From positions 768,001 through 832,000 of the forward strand of contig CAXXVZ010000003.1 in the NCBI GenBank assembly GCA_963678065.2: a stretch of DNA of 64,000 bases, written 5' to 3'. The stretch is from Treponemataceae bacterium (GTDB lineage Bacteria; Spirochaetota; Spirochaetia; Treponematales; Rectinemataceae). The stretch's first letter is position 1. Each line of letters starts with the position of its first letter. A program made the translations under genes and the position numbers. Under the pieces are notes generated by a model that was given only the letters and a program-made list of their open reading frames with translations, was not told the origin of the DNA and searched no databases. Positions 60,560 through 64,000 of the stretch are shown here, piece after piece.

Positions 60560-62065
60560 ATGGCTCAGGTTTCGGGGTTTTTTACGAGTGTGGGCGGGGA
60601 CAGGGCATATCCGGCGGGGTTTTTCAACGCGCGGCTGCACGAGGCGTTTCAGCGGGCGGATGGGGTCCTGCTGGGTGCAGATGGGGAGCTCGCGGTGTCG
60701 GGGACGGGCGGGCTTTCGGTGATGGTGAATTCCGGGGTGGCGTTCAAGGCGGGGGTTCTGTATCTGAACGATGCGCCGGAGGTTGTGGCGCTGGGGAATC
60801 TGACGTCGGGGTTCCGGCGGATCGATCGGGTTGTGCTGCGGCTCGACAAAGCGGCGCGAACGATGCTCGCGGTGGTGATTCCCGGGTCGGCTGGGATGGA
60901 GCCTGTGGCACCGGCAGTTGTGGCACAGACGGATATTCTGTTGGCGCGTGTGCTCATAGACCGGCGTACGGGAGCATATGCGTTTTCAGTGACGGATGAA
61001 AGACAGTACCGGCCGCACTTTATAAACTCGCAGGACTGTCTGGACGATGTTCCGGATGGGGCGACATGGAAGAGGATTCGGGCTGAAGTGGCGGATGCAC
61101 TGAATGCGGGGGTTTTTCAGGTTTCCTGTACGATCTTTCAGTATCTTGCGAGGCTCGGATCGCAGACGGCGGTGTGCTGTCTCGTAAAAGGCAATTTGAC
61201 AGGGATTCTTGCGGGAACGGCTCCTGAAGCACGGATCTTCCGGAGTCTCGACGCAGGGGTGAGCTGGACAGATACGGGGAGGCTCGGGGGCGAGACTCAG
61301 GTTTTGTCGATGCTGGCGCTGGACGGGAATGTTGTGATCGCGGGGACCGGAATGACGGGGCACATTTTTCGTAGCGCGAACGACGGGGCGACGTGGGTAG
61401 ATGGGGGGCGGCTCGGGGGGTCGGAGTACGTGGCGGCCGTCGCTTCAAACGTGCATGCAACGGGAGGAAGTGGGGCGCCGATGATCACGCTTGTGGGGAC
61501 GGCACCGAATGGCGAGGTATTCCGGAGTCTGGATTCTGGAGTGAGCTGGAGTCTTGCCGGCAGGGTGGGAAGCGAGTCAGGGATCCGGGCGCTTGTGTCC
61601 CTCGGGGGAGGGATTTTCCTTGCGGGTACGGAAGGGACGGGGCGGATCTACCGGAGTACGGATGGGGGATTGAGCTGGAATCTCATGAAGACGCTCTCGG
61701 CGGATGCGATCAACGTGCTCTGTCTGTTCTCGCTCGGGGATGGGGTGATTCTCGCGGGAACGGGAGAAGGGGCAGAGATTCACCGGTCTGAGGACTCGGG
61801 ACTGAGCTGGGAGCGGGTGGCCCTGCTCGAGGGCTGTGTGGCGGTGAATGGATTTGTGAGGCTCGACTCGGGGAGGATTCTCGCGGCGGCGGAAGGGAGG
61901 TTTGGCATCTTTGAGAGTCGGGATTTCGGCGTTCGCTGGCGAGCGAATCAGCGTCTGGCGACGGAGCCAGGAGCGACGGCGATTGTGAAGGTGTATCCGG
62001 ACTGTGTGCTCGCGGGGACGAATGGAAACGCACAGATCCACCGCGGATCGACGGTGATTCTATAA
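60560..62065 (+). CDS. Baseplate/receptor-binding protein with BNR (Asp-box) beta-propeller
   Basis: N-terminal SGFF.SVGGDR.Y...RIDRVVLRLD virion domain; repeated IFRSxDxGxSW motifs. Confidence 0.8.
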   Translation: MAQVSGFFTSVGGDRAYPAGFFNARLHEAFQRADGVLLGADGELAVSGTGGLSVMVNSGVAFKAGVLYLNDAPEVVALGNLTSGFRRIDRVVLRLDKAARTMLAVVIPGSAGMEPVAPAVVAQTDILLARVLIDRRTGAYAFSVTDERQYRPHFINSQDCLDDVPDGATWKRIRAEVADALNAGVFQVSCTIFQYLARLGSQTAVCCLVKGNLTGILAGTAPEARIFRSLDAGVSWTDTGRLGGETQVLSMLALDGNVVIAGTGMTGHIFRSANDGATWVDGGRLGGSEYVAAVASNVHATGGSGAPMITLVGTAPNGEVFRSLDSGVSWSLAGRVGSESGIRALVSLGGGIFLAGTEGTGRIYRSTDGGLSWNLMKTLSADAINVLCLFSLGDGVILAGTGEGAEIHRSEDSGLSWERVALLEGCVAVNGFVRLDSGRILAAAEGRFGIFESRDFGVRWRANQRLATEPGATAIVKVYPDCVLAGTNGNAQIHRGSTVIL

Positions 62066-62097
62066 AGGAAGAGAGTACGGAGGCTCTGGCTGTTCGC

Positions 62098-63255
62098 GTG
62101 TTTACACCGCTTCTGGAACTCGTGTGCGAGATCGACGAGTACGTGTCGCTAGTGTGGACGTCGTCCTTCGCCGAGGCGGGGGATTTCCGGATCGCGATGC
62201 GGCGGGGATCGCTGTGGGCGTGCGAGCTTAAAAGGGGTCGGATTCTCATTCCGGTGGGAGACGAAACGCATTGCGGGATTGTCACGGAGCTGCGGTTAAC
62301 GATGGCGGGCGGGTCGGTGGGGTCGGAGCGGGTGACGGCGATCGGGTATGAGCTTGTGCATATTCTGTCGTGGCGGCGGGTATTGCCGACGGCGGGCTGT
62401 GCGCGGTACGAGCATGCCGGCGCTGCGGAGACGGTATTGAAGACATTGGTGGCGAGTCAGTGCGGGGCGTACGCCCTCCCCGCTTCACGGCGGTTTGACC
62501 GGGCTTCGGGGAGCTGTGCGGATCTCGTGGTGGCGCCTGATGAGGGTCGAGGGGATGCGTACCTGGTTTCGTCGCGCTTTGCGACGGTTCTGGCGGAGGT
62601 GGAGCGCTGTGCCTGGACGACGGGGGCAGGGCCGGCGATCAGGGTGGACGTGCGAGAACGGCGATTTGTCTTTGATGTGCGTTTCGGAACGGACAGGCGG
62701 GAGGGTCAGTGCGCGAATCCGCGTGCTCTCTTCGCAGCTGCCTTTGATACCCTCTCGGATGCTGAGTTGCGAAGGTCGGATCTTCTGTGGCGGAATTGTA
62801 TCATCGTGGGGGGATCGGGGAGCGGAGCCGGGCGCCTTGTCGCGACGGTGTTTGCGGGGGAGGAACCATGCGGGATGGACAGGCGGGAGGAGTTTCTGGA
62901 TGCCCGAGAGCTCGGGACGGAGGCGGAGCTGCGTGCGCGGGCTCGGACGCGGCTTCTGGAATGCGGGTGCGAGGATTTCTTTGAGGCGTCGGCACCAGCG
63001 TCGGCAGCGCCTGCTTTGCCGGCAAATCAGGCGGCGGGGTTGGTGTACGGGGTCGACTATGCTTTGGGGGACCTTGTGACGGTCCGGGCGTTTGGCGAGA
63101 CGCGCGATGCGCGGATCACGAGTGTAACGGAGTGCCGCTACGCGGGCGGCTGTGATTTCCGGCTCGGTTTTGACCGACCGTACCCGGAATTGTCCTGGCT
63201 GACGGCCCGGTATCGGCAGGACACCGAGGCGATTCTCAACACGGCTGAGGGATGA
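62098..63255 (+). CDS. Siphovirus Gp37-like (Tal-type) baseplate protein
   Basis: EIDEYVSLVW...GDF, IVGGSG.G..R, GMDRREEFLDAR, YGVDYALGDLVTV. Confidence 0.8.
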   Translation: MFTPLLELVCEIDEYVSLVWTSSFAEAGDFRIAMRRGSLWACELKRGRILIPVGDETHCGIVTELRLTMAGGSVGSERVTAIGYELVHILSWRRVLPTAGCARYEHAGAAETVLKTLVASQCGAYALPASRRFDRASGSCADLVVAPDEGRGDAYLVSSRFATVLAEVERCAWTTGAGPAIRVDVRERRFVFDVRFGTDRREGQCANPRALFAAAFDTLSDAELRRSDLLWRNCIIVGGSGSGAGRLVATVFAGEEPCGMDRREEFLDARELGTEAELRARARTRLLECGCEDFFEASAPASAAPALPANQAAGLVYGVDYALGDLVTVRAFGETRDARITSVTECRYAGGCDFRLGFDRPYPELSWLTARYRQDTEAILNTAEG

Positions 63256-63264
63256 AGGGGGGCG

Positions 63265-63612
63265 ATGGAAAATCTCGTGGCGACGTTCGCGGATGCAGCG
63301 ATCGCTCTCGTGGCGACAGCGATCGCGGGTCTCGTGTGGCTGAATCTGAAGTGGCTGTTCGCGTCCAAGAAGACGATGGAGCTCGTGCTGGCCGAGTCCC
63401 GTGCGAACGGGCGGAGTATCCGGACGCTGTTCCGGTTGCAGGGCTCGCAACTTGCGAGCTTGAAGGCGAGTCTTGAGGCGCAGAGGGATGGCGAGTGCAA
63501 CGGGAATGTGATGCACGCGCTTTCTTCCATAGAAGAGGCACAAGGGATCTACGACGAGCACCTTCTGTCCATGCTCGGGCATGAGGATGAGAAGAAGGAG
63601 CGGGCGGCGTGA
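63265..63612 (+). CDS. Probable holin
   Basis: Single N-terminal TM and NGNV..AL motif; upstream of lysin. Confidence 0.55.
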   Translation: MENLVATFADAAIALVATAIAGLVWLNLKWLFASKKTMELVLAESRANGRSIRTLFRLQGSQLASLKASLEAQRDGECNGNVMHALSSIEEAQGIYDEHLLSMLGHEDEKKERAA

Positions 63613-63646
63613 TTCTTCGGCATCAAAAAGAGGGAGGAAAAAGAGC

Positions 63647-64000
63647 TTGATGCCGGTGAAAGGTGGACGGGTGACGGCGGGCTTTCGCGACGCGCGGCCA
63701 CTTTCGAATCCTGGGGAACATATCCACGGGGCGCTCGATATCGCGGGGGGTGAGGGGATCATACGGGCGCCGTGTTCCGGGGCAGCACGGGGATACGCGA
63801 TTTTCCGGCGAGAGGGTTTTTCCTTTGGTCCCGGCGAGAAGGCGGAGATTCTCGGGCTACCGTTTGCGCACTACTACGAGGATATTTTCGGGGCATTCGT
63901 CGCAATCGAGGAGTCTGGATCAAGGCGATTGCATCTTCTGTGCCATATCTGGCCGGCGGCGATTCTGAATGTGTCGACGCGACGTCCGTTTTCGTTCGAT
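63647..64000 (+). CDS. M23 peptidase, probable endolysin (3' partial)
   Basis: My translation MPVKGGRVTAGFRDARP...HIHGALDIAG...RAP gives HxxxD; open to the window end; ggagg RBS. Confidence 0.7.
   Translation, partial: MMPVKGGRVTAGFRDARPLSNPGEHIHGALDIAGGEGIIRAPCSGAARGYAIFRREGFSFGPGEKAEILGLPFAHYYEDIFGAFVAIEESGSRRLHLLCHIWPAAILNVSTRRPFSFD

Larger units (their letters stand above)
38219..64000 (+). mobile_element. Reduced prophage-like element integrated at tRNA-Gly (continues past window end)
   Basis: Integrase next to tRNA, abrupt compositional change, terminase-portal-capsid-neck-baseplate-lysis gene order. Confidence 0.9.

Noticed and set aside
38219..64000. attR duplicate of the tRNA-Gly 3' end
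   Set aside because: Not seen by eye in the window; presumably further downstream.

Overview
The window has two parts. Positions 1-38218 are ordinary high-GC bacterial chromosome; gene content and style are consistent with a treponeme-like spirochaete (inference). It holds a thiamine-type ABC transporter, rlmN, srkA, a split aromatic amino acid cluster (aroF-aroB-aroC-pheA-tyrA converging on uvrB-aroK-aroA), an HtrA protease, lepA, a Grx-FTR-IscS-ThiI cluster, tRNA-Glu, a RelA-domain/TPR protein, class II RNR nrdJ with NrdR boxes, arginine deiminase divergent from a probable arginine synthetase (ArcE), and tRNA-Gly. From 38219 to the window end lies a stripped-down prophage-like element integrated at tRNA-Gly. 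It has an integrase, terminase, portal, scaffold, P22-type capsid, neck, Dit, a beta-propeller protein, a Gp37-like protein, a holin and an M23 lysin. No repressor, replication genes, tail tube or full tape measure are visible. Between portal and scaffold sits an ~11 kb cargo island that reads as an integrase-less integron cassette array (attC sites on the minus strand). Two different decayed group II introns and an IS110 remnant lie in or beside its attC sites, in the cassette orientation, and two IS630 3' ends bracket it. All calls come from reading motifs by eye; no searches were run.
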